Shown: one piece after another, positions 12,500 through 26,240 of the stretch
Layout: each line of letters begins with the position of its first letter
Position numbering within the stretch: position 1 is the stretch's first letter
DNA from: Octopus bimaculoides
Lineage: Eukaryota
Assembly: GCF_001194135.2 (NCBI RefSeq)
Contig: NC_068984.1
Coordinates: 118,256,972 to 118,320,971 of the forward strand
Direction of reading: 5' to 3'
Length of the DNA: 64,000 bases
Notes under the pieces: generated by a model
What the model saw: only the letters and a program-made list of their open reading frames with translations
Told to the model about the DNA's origin: nothing
The model's database searches: none
Made by a program: the position numbers and the translations under genes

Positions 12500-12830
12500 G
12501 GCTGCGTAGCTCGGAAATCAAAGAGTCTCTCTAGGTCGAGTCGCTACTTCTCTGCATTGAGATATCACGGTTGCAGTAGAACAAACATCTGATTAGAGTG
12601 TCGCAGGAAATAACAGCATGACGGGTTCCTCAAGCCGAGCCAACCTGCTGGAGACCTAGCGGTAGACAAGAACAAAATGGATGGATAATATCCGTAGTCT
12701 CAGTTAGTCACGCTTGAGAGTTTAACTAGAAAGTGTAATGACGGTTGCTTCTAATATGACCCTATGGAGGAGATGCCCGAAGATTCTACATCTACAATTC
12801 TCCCAGGGGCGAAGAAAATGGATAGATTGA
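12500..12830 (+). mobile_element. RTE-clade (Rex3/Expander-like) LINE 3' remnant
   Basis: Frameshifted IEISRLQ*NKHLIRVSQE...RVPQAEP...RPSGR(Q)RTKWMDNIRSLS*SRL; clear DNA similarity to 49470-49745. Confidence 0.65.
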
Positions 12831-13329
12831 TATACTAAAAGACTATTGCAAAGTCCTCATTAGTCTTCCAACTTACTGTATCACAGTATTCGTTTCTTTT
12901 CTGTAGTTGCTTTTTTTATGCTGCATTTTAGTTCCAAAGGATGTAAATTTATGAACAAGGGAACCTTTAAAATGTCAATATTTCTAAAATACGAAGCTAT
13001 ACAAATAGTAAACAACTTTACTACAATTTCTCCTGAGAAACTTTAATGCGGAAATGTAGTTATTGTATTAACGCGACGATAAAACTGATTTACGCAAATA
13101 TTTTGATTGGAAAATCAATCGCAATTCGTAGTAATAAAATACTAAATTATAATCAATATAAAAGCGATTGGGTGTAACAGATGAAACTTTGATTAAGCCA
13201 GTTAAAGGATACTAATTTAATTTATCTTGTCAGTTATATTTTGGCGCTATTAGCTTTCATTTACATTCTTCTATTTATTATGCATATGTATGCAGTGTAT
13301 AAATTCATATATATATATAAGATAGATAC

Positions 13330-13815
<486 letters not shown>

Positions 13816-15069
13816 GTTATATGATTGTGAAAAAGGGTAATAACTGTAAACCAGACTAGCAACATCTCAATCAATGATTTGACTGTTTCCCTATATCTGA
13901 CAAGGGTGGGTGAAAACATATCTTACAATAGCATTTGTAACAAAACACGTGTCACTGAAGAATATTACAGCCGAATTAAGAAAATGTGGACCTCAGAACT
14001 CTCTGCATTCAATAAAACAATCGTCCACAATGTGTTTGCAGTTTGCAATGCCAGTTCTCATACCAACTTTGGGCTGCTTGATTGGATGCTTGATGAGATC
14101 CGAGCCATTGATGTGAACCCTGAAAAATACTAACTAGCACACATAATTTCCACATAGACAGTGATGTAGACCGCCTCCACCTAAAGCGTAAACAAAGCAG
14201 CAGAGGCTTAACATCGATCCAAAATGCCTTTGAATTTTGTATCATATCCCTTCGGCAACATCTTTTAATCATCAAGTGTCGAAGTGCATTCGTTGACCAA
14301 GTTTACATACATGAGATTGATAACATCAGAAGACTTGGCAGGCAGCTCCTTGAGGCATAAGAAATAAAAACCCACAGTATGGTAGAAGAAGCCATATCCA
14401 CTCATAATAAAAGGAGTACTGGTGGTATGTCCCAGTGAAAACTTCAATAAAATGTAAGCACAACAGACCTGATATAATGATTTGGGATAAAGAAGAGAAA
14501 CTGTGTACAATTGTGGGAATTAGCTGCCTAGCGGATGTTAACATAAAGCTGAAGATCAATGTAAAAACAAGAATATCTACACTGAACTATTGAGAAATCT
14601 GCAGTTACTCTATCCAGATAACAAGTTCAGGTTTATACCTGTAATTATTGGAGCCCTGGGATATATAATACACTGCCTAAATACCAATCTTGAGAAATTA
14701 GGCCTCTCAAAATCAGAAAGGAGAAAGCTAATTCGAAGACTACAGATCCAATCCATCATTGGAACTGTAAAAATCTGTAAAACCTTCCAGGAATTTATCA
14801 TTTAAATATATATGAGCATGTCTAGATTTCATCTATATGCATGAGAATACATACATAAAACAAAACGTACAAATCTGCACATATACATACATACATACAT
14901 ACATACATACATACATGCATACATACATACATGTACCTATCTAGTTGAGTTTTCTGTACAAATATACCCTGTTGTTGATGTTGAAATTCTTTTGAAGGAG
15001 CCTAGGATCTAGGTAACAGACCAACTCTTTCTCTATTGGCAAGAAATTTTGAAATAAAACTGAATAATG
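13816..15069 (+). mobile_element. 5'-truncated, internally deleted R4/Dong-clade (RLE) non-LTR retrotransposon
   Basis: Frameshifted peptides EEYYSRIKKMWTSELSAFNK; NFHIDSDVDRLHLKRKQSSRGLTSIQ; EYWWYVPVKTSIKCKHNRPDIMIWDKEEKLCTIVGISC; RNLQLLYPDNKFRFIPVIIGALG (RT thumb plus PD-type RLE). The 3' end is ...GAAATAAAACTGAATAATG; both flanks are (TACA)n. Confidence 0.9.
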
Positions 15070-15430
15070 ACATACATACACACACACATACACACACACA
15101 TACATACACACACACATACATACATACATACATACATGTACCTATCTAGTAGGGTTTCTGTACGCATGCTTACGGAAACTCAACCCTTTTCTGTCGAGGG
15201 CTTATATGCCCCAATATTAGACTATTTTCTTTAGTCATTACACGATGATCGCTTATNNNNNNNNNNNNNNNNNNNNNNNNNNNNNNNNNNNNNNNNNNNN
15301 NNNNNNNNNNNNNNNNNNNNNNNNNNNNNNNNNNNNNNNNNNNNNNNNNNNNNNNNNNNNNNNNNNNNNNNNNNNNNNNNNNNNNNNNNNNNNNNNNNNN
15401 NNNNNNNNNNNNNNNNNNNNNNNNNNNNNN

Positions 15431-15468
<38 letters not shown>

Positions 15469-15486
15469 CAATATACATGTGTACAC

Positions 15487-16017
15487 ATAAAACAAAGTTA
15501 ACAATGGAAAATTGGTATATTAATTATTTACTTATTTATTCTAATATCTTTAAAATCCACAAAATATAGACATTAATAAATAAATAAAATATCCAGTACA
15601 CGTTTCAGCTAATTTACCAAGACCATATTCATTTATAATTATATAATTAAATAATTAAGTAATTGATCAATAAAATCTATTTAGTAAAACAGCTTCATCA
15701 GGGAATTTCAGAGAAAGTTCCTAGTTACACCATTTGAAATTGTCATACAGGTAAATATATTTACCTTTATGACAATTTCAAATGGTGTAGCTAGGAACTA
15801 TCTCTTAAATTCCCTGAAGTTGTTTTACTAAATAGATTTTATTGATTAATTCATTAATTATATCATTATAAATGGATATGCTCTTGGTAAATCAGCTGAA
15901 ACATGCGTTGGACATTTTATTCATTTATTAATGTCTATATTTTATGGATTTTAAAGATGTTAGAATAAATAAATAATTAATTAGTTTACCAATTTTCCAT
16001 TGTTAACTTTGGTTTAT
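15487..16017. repeat. ~530-bp spacer-less imperfect palindrome
   Basis: Centre AGGTAAATA|TATTTACCT (15749-15766). The arms match out to ATAAAACAAAGTTAACAATGGAAAATTGGTA / TACCAATTTTCCATTGTTAACTTTGGTTTAT. Confidence 0.92.
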
Positions 16018-16155
16018 ATTCTGTGGACCTATTTACATCATGTATCAAGACAAAAGTAATTGTTTGAAATACTATATGTTCTTCGGTCCACTTCTGAGAC
16101 TTACTTTATATCTACCTGGACTTAACTCCCAGCTTTGATAATTATATAATATATA

Positions 16156-16320
16156 GGCGTAGGAGTGGTTGTGTGGTAAGTAGCTTGCTTACGAACCACA
16201 TTGTTCCGGGTTCAGTCCCACTGCGTGGCACCTTGGGCAAGTGTCTTCTCCTATAGCCTCGGGCCGACCAAAGCCTTGCGAGTGGATTTGGCAGACGGAA
16301 ACTGAAAGAAGCCCGTCGTA

Positions 16321-16335
<15 letters not shown>
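16156..16335 (+). mobile_element. SINE family B (tRNA head plus CORE-like CCTTGGGCAAGTGTCTT), runs into a gap
   Basis: GGCGTAGGAGTGGTTGTGTGGTAAGTAGCTTGCTTACGAACCAC...GTTCAGTCCC...GGAAACTGAAAGAAGCCCGTCGTA(TA)n. Confidence 0.9.
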
Positions 16336-16355
<20 letters not shown>

Positions 16356-17301
16356 NNNNNNNNNNNNNNNNNNNNNNNNNNNNNNNNNNNNNNNNNNNNN
16401 NNNNNNNNNNNNNNNNNNNNNNNNNNNNNNNNNNNNNNNNNNNNNNNNNNNNNNNNNNNNNNNNNNNNNNNNNNNNNNNNNNNNNNNNNNNNNNNNNNNN
16501 NNNNNNNNNNNNNNNNNNNNNNNNNNNNNNNNNNNNNNNNNNNNNNNNNNNNNNNNNNNNNNNNNNNNNNNNNNNNNNNNNNNNNNNNNNNNNNNNNNNN
16601 NNNNNNNNNNNNNNNNNNNNNNNNNNNNNNNNNNNNNNNNNNNNNNNNNNNNNNNNNNNNNNNNNNNNNNNNNNNNNNNNNNNNNNNNNNNNNNNNNNNN
16701 NNNNNNNNNNNNNNNNNNNNNNNNNNNNNNNNNNNNNNNNNNNNNNNNNNNNNNNNNNNNNNNNNNNNNNNNNNNNNNNNNNNNNNNNNNNNNNNNNNNN
16801 NNNNNNNNNNNNNNNNNNNNNNNNNNNNNNNNNNNNNNNNNNNNNNNNNNNNNNNNNNNNNNNNNNNNNNNNNNNNNNNNNNNNNNNNNNNNNNNNNNNN
16901 NNNNNNNNNNNNNNNNNNNNNNNNNNNNNNNNNNNNNNNNNNNNNNNNNNNNNNNNNNTATATAGTAACTAGATATAAATTCTGAGCATGCTCAACGACT
17001 AATTATACTTACCATAATATTAAATTTGAAATTGTAAATACCAGGAGTAGGTTTATGTAGTAGCTAAAAACCACACGAACACCTGTTCGTCGTTAGACAA
17101 TTTGACGCCTGCCAAATAGTCATAAGCATGTCACCACGTTATTTCAATCTATTATTTTAGTTTCAGTTTGTATTCACGAAGTTCAAACTGACCGCGTTAC
17201 GAAGACAAATGTTTCTTAACTCAGAGACTTGAATGCGTGTGCAGTCGATGCTACGAGTGATTCATGATATATTTTCAGTTGGTCATTATTTTTATTGTTA
17301 A

Positions 17302-17512
17302 GACAGCAAGCTGGCAGTATTGTTAGCACAGGGGCAAAATCCTTGGCGGCATTTCGTCCGTCTTAACAGTCTGAGTTCAAATGCCATCGAGATCGACTTT
17401 GCTCACCTGGTGCTCATTTTCGAGGAAATAAATACCAGTTGAACGCTGGGATCGAAGACTATCCCCTCTTCTTAAAATTTCAGGCATTGTACCTGTTGTA
17501 AAAAGAATTATT
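17302..17512 (+). mobile_element. SINE family A
   Basis: Matches the in-window consensus. Confidence 0.8.
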
Positions 17513-17629
17513 ATTAATATTGCTGGGTCCAGTTTATTGATATTTTGACAGTAAAAAACGTCCATACTTCACAATGATATTTCTAAATGTTAACGTTGAG
17601 ATGGAGTCACCTTGTAAAACTATCTATTT

Positions 17630-17900
17630 TCCTTTTAAAATAAGATCATTGTAAAGACCTACTTTGCTAGTCTTCTAAATACTTTTTGAGCTGTTGCAAT
17701 TCAGGGTTCCACGTTGGAAAGAAAACTTCCAAGATAGGAAAAGTGATAAAATTGTTCGAGGGATGTTTCAGGTATAGTAATGTTGGAATCAATATCTTCG
17801 AAGAAGATTTGGCAAGGACTTTGGTATTTTTGATATTTGTTGTGGGATCGAAGTGGTTTTGTGCACTAGTGAAGTTGTTGACTGATATCTAGAGTTACTG
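17630..17900 (-). mobile_element. RTE-clade RT C-terminal remnant
   Basis: Frameshifted NIKNTKVL / NITIPETSLEQFYHFSYLGSFLS / IATAQKVFRRLAK, i.e. the KTKV...F.YLGS...A...F.RL pattern. Confidence 0.6.
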
Positions 17901-18184
17901 ATGTGTGTGTCACAGAGAACGCTGTCATCTGAATACTAAAGTTCTGAGATACATTGGACATTGTAAATCGATGACATGAAATCCTGGCTATATTAAATTG
18001 TCTTCTGCCATCAAAACAGTGTTTCATGTCAACGCGTTGATTTTATTTATGAAATTGAAAAGGAATCGCAGGATATTATAAAGGAATATAAGTGCGAGAG
18101 CAAACCTTGATTTATTTAATATTGTTATATATTATGTGTATATTTATAATAATAAATGCACCAGTTAATCAAGATCCCTTAATT

Positions 18185-18420
18185 GATGCAGCCGGTTGTT
18201 TCATAATCAGTCAAAGCCACTGGTCTCTATTCTCTACTATGGTCCACAGGTTCGCTGTGTCGTGACCTGTCCAGTCTTTGATGTTATCAAACCAGGATTT
18301 TGTGTCTGCCTCTCTCTCGTCTTCCGTCAACTGTGCCCTGAAGAATGGTTTTGGACAGAGAGCTGTGGCGGGATGCGTGTTCATACCAGGCAAGCTTTCG
18401 TCTTTTCCTTCTTCGCGTAA
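18185..18420 (-). mobile_element. RTE-BovB-like LINE 3' remnant
   Basis: LQGTVDGRRERGRHK / KSWFDNIKDWTGHDTANLWTIVENRDQW across one frameshift. Confidence 0.7.
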
Positions 18421-20015
18421 GGATTTTAAATATTCAATGATTTCTAATAGTATTTATTACGAAATTTGAATCTTACACGATTTTTAGAGTCAAAGAAGAT
18501 TGGAAAATTTTGTCTTGCTATCTTAACTGCTCAGCTTATCATAGATAGTTAGTAAGTGCAACTACAAGGCAACCAGCTATTAAAACTATTATGTAACATA
18601 AACTGCAGGGTTAATAAAAGAAATTCTAACAGGCAGAAAACTGCTTACGCTATTTACTTAAGAAGGTCATGTAATTACTAGTTTACGCTAAAATAGAAAA
18701 TGGTAAATAAATTTCCGGCAGAATGCCTCAGGTAAAGTAAAAGGAAACATCAATATTCGTCCATATTATCACCATCGCCGCTGAATCTTTAGATGAAAAC
18801 AGGCCCAATCTGGTGGGGGTAAAGTCTGGAATCATTTCTCCGAAACACCGCATAAAAGTCGATATTGTTTTGAAAGCTAACAATTCACAAGTATATCATA
18901 AAATGAGAACAGTGGGAGACATCTGAGGACGGAGAAGTCGTAGCATGAAACAGCTGCTGATGTAGAAAACCTCAAACATTCTATGTTGGAAATCTATTTT
19001 CGATGAACTCATCAAAAGAAACATCTGTTACCACTTTCATGTAACCACTTATATACATAGTGCCTAAATAGTACAAGATCCTTGTTTTTTTAATGGATAC
19101 GCAAACGAACATTTTTATTCATTTTTAATCTCTATAACGTAGTGATCACTCTTCTTAAGGAGCTTTAGAAGTTAATCCGTAACTAACAATACACCACAGT
19201 ATATTAAACGAAACTACTCAACCACCAGTTCATTAAATTACTCGTTAACTTCCACAGACCAAGACGTGTAATTAGGAAGCTTGCTTTTTAAAAGTGTGAT
19301 TTCGGGTTTCGAACCAATAAGACATTCTGTGCATGTCTTCTACCATTGTTTCGAAAGTCGTTCAATTCAGTTTCACAGTACCTGTTCTTGAGTGGCAGAC
19401 GAAATCCATCTCCCAGTTAATGCGACCAAATTTTTTTTTTTTTTTTTTTTNNNNNNNNNNAGAATTCTGACTCAGTTTGAAGATAGCCTCTCAATTGTAG
19501 TTCCTTTTTTCTCCCTATACCAGTTTGCGAGACTCTACAAAAGTCATATTCGCAGCTCTTTTTCCTCTAACAAAGCCTTAAAATCTACACTGTATGTATC
19601 TTGATACCGCACAGCCAATAAAACAATCGTCACAGGCCAACAGAGCCACGTAAGAATTACCCCTACAGATTGTTAGTGCACATAACAAATTCATGCGATC
19701 CCTAGTTTAGTCTAAAGTAGATGTTTTATAAAATTCCAGCAGAATCTCTTAACCCTTTCATTCCGAAATTAAATTTCATGGTTATTCCAGTAATAATGTT
19801 CAATATCTACATTAAAAAAATAGAATTGGTATTTTATGCAAGTCACGTTGCCTCAATAAACTTGACATATCTCAACAGAAGATATATTGATATTTAGAAC
19901 TGCTCTCTGCAGTTAAGGGAAATGAAATTTTATGTTGATACAAAAGAACCATCAACATTGGTTCGTAATTAAATCGCAGCCTCTACATCTTTGGCGCAAG
20001 AGGGAACCAATATAC

Positions 20016-20237
20016 TGGTTTCACATTTTGGCACGAGGCCAGAAATTTTGGGCGAGGCGCTAAGTCTATTACATTGACCCCCCCCCCTCCCCAGTGCTCA
20101 ACTGTACTTATTTATCGACCTCAAAATGATGAAACGCAAAGTCGACCCCGGTGGAATTTGAACTTAGAAAGTAAAGACGGACGAAATACCTCTAAGCATT
20201 TCGCCCGGTGTGCTAACTATTCTACCGGCTCGTTGCC
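20016..20237 (-). mobile_element. SINE family A
   Basis: Matches the in-window consensus. Confidence 0.8.
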
Positions 20238-20531
20238 TTCAAGAGAATCGTTATATTAGACGCACAAAGCATTTCAAGATTATTACTTCGTACAGTAATA
20301 TAATGCACTATATTTTAAATATTACGATAATGATNNNNNNNNNNNNNNNNNNNNNNNNNNNNNNNNNNNNNNNNNNNNNNNNNNNNNNNNNNNNNNNNNN
20401 NNNNNNNNNNNNNNNNNNNNNNNNNNNNNNNNNNNNNNNNNNNNNNNNNNNNNNNNNNNNNNNNNNNNNNNNNNNNNNNNNNNNNNNNNNNNNNNNNNNN
20501 NNNNNNNNNNNNNNNNNNNNNNNNNNNNNNN

Positions 20532-20730
20532 GTGTGTGCCAACTCCGCTCTTTGACCATCGGTGTTGGTTTGTCTACATTCCTGTATTCTTGACGGTTTG
20601 GCAAGAGAGACTGATAGAATAATTATCGCACTTAAAATTAAATGCAAGGGTAGTGTCCGACTAAACCTTTAAAGACGGAATCCCTGAATAAACGGAGTCC
20701 AATAGCTGAAACAAGTAAAAGACAAATGGT
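20532..20730 (+). mobile_element. SINE family B 3' part
   Basis: TTTGACCATCGGTGTTGG...GATAGAATAA...GAAACAAGTAAAAGA. Confidence 0.7.
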
Positions 20731-21111
20731 AAAATCTCTTCATAGTATCATAGTGCAAGTGACTGAATATTCCACAATATTCCACGAGCGTCTTCACCTT
20801 TAACGCAATATTTGAGCAAACTGTGATATTGAGAGTAGCAAAAGGTGGGTCTCTCAACTGAATATGCAGTTCACCCTAAGGGCTTTTCTTACTGGTTTCT
20901 ATGTCAGCAGCTGTTTTAAGCAACGATTTCTCGGTCATGAGATGTCTCCCACTGTTCTCATTTTATATACTCGTGGCTTGTTAGCTTTCAAAACAACATC
21001 GACTTCCTTGTAGTTTCGTCAACCTAATTTCTTCCACAAATCAGAACAAACGTTTTGTACGTCAAGATTATGAAGTGTACATCTTAGCCATTCAGGCGAC
21101 TAGAATATATT

Positions 21112-21307
21112 GATTACAAATTTTGGTGCAAGACCAGCCATTTCGGGAAGGGAGCAAGTCGATTACATCGACCATAGTACTCAAAAGGTACTTATTTCAT
21201 CGACGCCGAAAGAATGAAAGGCAAAGTTAACCCCGACAGATTTTGAAGTCAAATGTAAAGATTGGCGAAATACCCGGCGCGGTAGCGATTCTGCCAGCTC
21301 GCCACCT
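21112..21307 (-). mobile_element. SINE family A (partly deleted)
   Basis: Matches the in-window consensus. Confidence 0.75.
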
Positions 21308-21854
21308 TAGCCGACCAGATTATATTTCCTGCACACAAGATAATGCATTACATTACACAACAACACGTAACAATTTTCCCTCACAAAAATACACTGTTTT
21401 GCATTATACTACGTACACATTAAGTCAAAGCTGTCATATCTAAATATTTATTACTAACTTTTTCATAACTATTCTTAATAACAAGAAAAACATTTTTTTT
21501 AATGTATCTTCATTCTGTCATGGAAAATATTTCTGCAAGAATATGTGAAATCTTAATAGAAAGTTCGCTGTTTTTGTTCTTTTTTAATGTATATTTAATT
21601 TTATTTATTTATTTATTTATTTATGTATATATATATTTTTGTTTTGTTTCTGTAGCACGAAGTCAAGTCTTCTTAGTTACATAGATTTATCTATGATATG
21701 TTTTGAATACTGGAGTGACATTTTTATTGACTTCGCGTCTGGAAACAGACCACGCTTCAATGAAACTAAGAGTAATTTTTATTTTTTTTTTTTAATTCAA
21801 AAATTTTTCTTAACCTTGTCGAGAATACTAGCAATTATTATTATCAATATATTC

Positions 21855-22320
21855 TAAGGCGGCGAGCTAGCAGAATCGTTAGCACGTCAGGCAAAATATT
21901 TAGCGGTATTTCGTCCGCTCTTACGTTCTGAGCTCAAATTCCGCCGAGGTCGACTGTGCCTTTCATCTTGTCGGGGTCGGGGTCGGTAAATTAAGTACCA
22001 GTTGAACACTTTGATCTATGTAACCGATTAGCCCCACCCCACCAAATTTCAGGCTTTGTGCCTTTAGCAGAAAGGATTATTATTCTTATTATGAATAATA
22101 CTAAGGTGACGTGCTGGTGAAACCATTAGAACGCCGAGCAAAATGCTTAACGGCATTTCATCCGTCTTTATGTTCTGAGCTCTAATTCCGTGGAGGTCTA
22201 CTTTTCCTTTTATCTCTTCGGAGTCGATAAAATAAGTGGCAGTTGAACACTTGGATCGGCGTTATCGACGTGCCCTTCCACGTAATAGCTGGCCCCGAAT
22301 CAAAATTTAAAACCATTATT
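21855..22320 (+). mobile_element. Two consecutive SINE family A copies (21855-22082, 22105-22320)
   Basis: Both match the consensus and end in ATTATT tails. Confidence 0.85.
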
Positions 22321-22838
22321 ATGAATTTTGTCGTTGTTTGCATTAATATAGTTGTGTCTTCACCTCACTGTGAGGAGTTTTTGTATTGTTTTCCAGTGCA
22401 AGTACAAATAGAGAGAAAAATGTTCCCTCTTGTTTCCTATGTGAGTGGTCCAAGCGGAAACCTCTTGAGATATGATGGACGTCTTCTGTATCACAATGAC
22501 ATTTAATTTAACATGTTTAGATACAATTTATCGTTTCCTTGATTTGTTTAAATTTCAACTCAAGATGGATTCCCGTCGGGAATAAAAAGCCCCCACCTCA
22601 AAAATAACTGTTTCAAATTTTGGCACGAGGCGAGCAAATTCAATATCCTTTTCCTTATTCTTTGTTTTTATTCTTTCTCTTTTTTGTTACAATGAAAATA
22701 TTTACTGTAGTAGAACTGTTCGTTATAAAGAAATTGTTATCTACAGTGCATGTTTAACATATATTAAATAAGAAGCGCCTGCTATAACATACTGAAATTG
22801 CTCCCAATATAATATAAAACACGCAGTGAAATGTATGC

Positions 22839-22905
22839 CATTATTCAGTTTATTTCAAGATTTCTTGCCAATAGAGAAAGAACCGGTTTCTAACCTATAT
22901 CCAAG
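22839..22905 (-). mobile_element. 3'-terminal fragment of the R4/Dong-like element at 13816-15069
   Basis: Reverse complement CCTTGGATATAGGTTAGAAACCGGTTCTTTCTCTATTGGCAAGAAATCTTGAAATAAACTGAATAATG, similar to 15001-15069. Confidence 0.8.
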
Positions 22906-22918
22906 GTTTCTATGTATT

Positions 22919-22951
<33 letters not shown>

Positions 22952-23569
22952 NNNNNNNNNNNNNNNNNNNNNNNNNNNNNNNNNNNNNNNNNNNNNNNNN
23001 NNNNNNNNNNNNNNNNNNNNNNNNNNNNNNNNNNNNNNNNNNNNNNNNNNNNNNNNNNNNNNNNNNNNNNNNNNNNNNNNNNNNNNNNNNNNNNNNNNNN
23101 NNNNCATACATACATGTTCATATTCTTAAATTCAAAAATTCATGTGTACATGCAAGCACACATGTATATATATACATGGATACACACATATACATACATT
23201 ACACAATTACATACCTGCTTAGATACATACATACATACATACATACATACATGCATACATACAAACATACATACATACATACATACATACATACATACAT
23301 ACATACATACATACATACATACATACGAACGAACGAACTGGAGTGTTCAAGCAAACAAAATATTTAGTTAACGTGCGTTTTGAGATTACAGCATGTAAGC
23401 GGAACACTAAAAGTATATAAGACGTTCTTAAGTTCAACATATAGCCCTTCACCATTATTGTTATCTAAATTCCTGCTATCAAGCTTCGTTCCTTCGTGAG
23501 AAACTAATGCCTATTTAGAGGAATAATTCAAAGAATTAAAAACGAAGATTAACATATATACAGGCATAT

Positions 23570-23935
23570 GTATACGAACCACATGGTTCCGGATTTAGTC
23601 CCACCAGGTGTTGCCTTGGGCAAGTGTCTTCTACTATAGCCCGGAGCTACCAGTGCTTTGTGAGTAGACGGAAACTGAAAGAAGCCTGTTGTATGTGTGT
23701 GCGTGTACGCGCATATGTGTGTGCGTGTGTGTGTGTGAGAATGCCTTTTATCCCCGTGTGACAGCCAGTGTTGGTTTGTTTACGTCTCCGTATCGTAGCG
23801 GTTCAGCAAAAGAGACCGATAGGATAAGTACCACGCTTAAAAAATAAGTACTGGGGTGGATTCCTTCGATTAAACGTTTCAAGGCGGTGCCACAACATCT
23901 CCGCAGTCCAGTGACTGAAATAAGTACAAGATGAA
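23570..23935 (+). mobile_element. SINE family B, near full length
   Basis: Head, internal (TG)n and 3' tail ...ACTGAAATAAGTACAAG. Confidence 0.85.
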
Positions 23936-24668
23936 AAAAATTATGTATGTGTGTGTGTGTACGTGCGCGTCTGTATTGTTTTACATATATANNNNNNNNN
24001 NNNNNNNNNNNNNNNNNNNNNNNNNNNNNNNNNNNNNNNNNNNNNNNNNNNNNNNNNNNNNNNNNNNNNNNNNNNNNNNNNNNNNNNNNNNNNNNNNNNN
24101 NNNNNNNNNNNNNNNNNNNNNNNNNNNNNNNNNNNNNNNNNNNNNNNNNNNNNNNNNNNNNNNNNNNNNNNNNNNNNNNNNNNNNNNNNNNNNNNNNNNN
24201 NNNNNNNNNNNNNNNNNNNNNNNNNNNNNNNNNNNNNNNNNNNNNNNNNNNNNNNNNNNNNNNNNNNNNNNNNNNNNNNNNNNNNNNNNNNNNNNNNNNN
24301 NNNNNNNNNNNNNNNNNNNNNNNNNNNNNNNNNNNNNNNNNNNNNNNNNNNNNNNNNNNNNNNNNNNNNNNNNNNNNNNNNNNNNNNNNNNNNNNNNNNN
24401 NNNNNNNNNNNNNNNNNNNNNNNNNNNNNNNNNNNNNNNNNNNNNNNNNNNNNNNNNNNNNNNNNNNNNNNNNNNNNNNNNNNNNNNNNNNNNNNNNNNN
24501 NNNNNNNNNNNNNNNNNNNNNNNNNNNNNNNNNNNNNNNNNNNNNNNNNNNNNNNNNNNNNNNNNNNNNNNNNNNNNNNNNNNNNNNNNNNNNNNNNNNN
24601 NNNNCGTTCGTTTGCTTGTTCTTCCTTTCTTTTTTCTATCACTCATCTCATTCTTAACGCATGCAAAA

Positions 24669-24738
<70 letters not shown>

Positions 24739-25633
24739 GCCGAATGAAAAGACACTTAATAGAGTGAATAGTATTTGCGTATGAATCAGTTGGTTGCTAA
24801 GTGACCAAATGCCACTTTAGAAATTGTGCTAGGATTTTCATACAAGTAGTGTGTAGTAATCATATTAATAATCTCACATTTAATAGATCATGTAGTATCG
24901 CTCTATATTATACAAGGTATTAGGTTATGTTTACAGTGAGCGTCCGTGTTAGGAGAATGATGACAGAATGAGAATAGTAACTCTATAATATAGTGTATTA
25001 CATATATCGTAATTATAACATTTATGATAGTTCTATTATTGTTATTTAAGTTCATGAGTACAGGTACGCAGTTTTCAGTAGTTCCAACCCTATTATTGGT
25101 GGTGCCGTCTTTATACCATATCCCAACCTTCCTGCTCTGTTATATTTTTATTGCTAGCTGAGATCATAAAGAATTATTTCGGTGACTAATCCAAAACATA
25201 TACTCACACACAAAACAAAAACATCCCTCAAAGAGCCAAGAGGTCATTTTGGTCAAATATTTTAACCTTTTCAGGGGACGAATGAAGTGTTCTGAGTTTT
25301 TGAATGTTAGATACGTATCTGCTTCTTATGTAATGTTTGAAGGGCTGTGAGGACAGAAATTGGCAAGCAATATAACAATACCTTCCAGCCCCTCTGTTTT
25401 AATCATTTTCTTATATTCCTAAGTCTTTGGGGAAGCTTTCCAGAACTCCTTTTACATACAGATATACACACATACACACAGATGCGCACGCACTCACACT
25501 CACACGCCTACACCCACCCACACCCACAAGCATACATACATTCATGCATACATACATTCATGCATACATACATACACACATACACACTCATAAACATATA
25601 CATACATGCATACATACATATATACATACATAC

Positions 25634-25680
<47 letters not shown>

Positions 25681-26039
25681 AATTGCTAATATAGATATAT
25701 ATATTTTTATACAATATATATATANNNNNNNNNNNNNNNNNNNNNNNNNNNNNNNNNNNNNNNNNNNNNNNNNNNNNNNNNNNNNNNNNNNNNNNNNNNN
25801 NATATATATGTACGTTGTATGTATGTAAGAATGTATGTACGTATATTGCCGATACATATATCAAGCTGGTTAGCTGGTGTTTCAGGATTGAACTGCAAAA
25901 ACGTGAACTGTTCTCCAACCTACAAGCGCGAAACGTGTCACTGTTTTAATGTCAGTAAAACGGATTGAAGTGCATGTACTTAGACTCAACCAAGCAGATC
26001 TTAAGAAAATAGTTTACGCCCTTTAGATGTTTTTGATAT

Positions 26040-26240
26040 TATTTAGCTCCAGGTGAACTGGGGCTAGGCCTAGTGGGAGGTCCTGCATCAGATGGCTGCA
26101 CATGATTGGGGAAGAACTCCAGCGGCAGAGGCTGGCACGGAACCACCAGCGATGGAGCACACTAATGGAGCTGGTCGGTTCTACGCATGATGACGCCTCT
26201 GGGACCACTAACTTGGAATGACCCCACCCCAAGAAACAAG
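26040..26240 (+). mobile_element. RTE-like LINE C-terminal remnant
   Basis: RPSGRSCIRWLHMIGEELQRQRLARNHQRWSTLMELVGST (RP.GR..RW...I..L...R..W pattern). Confidence 0.55.

Noticed and set aside
25925-25945. GCGAAACGTGTC Penelope-like half motif
   Set aside because: No upstream CUGANGA core.
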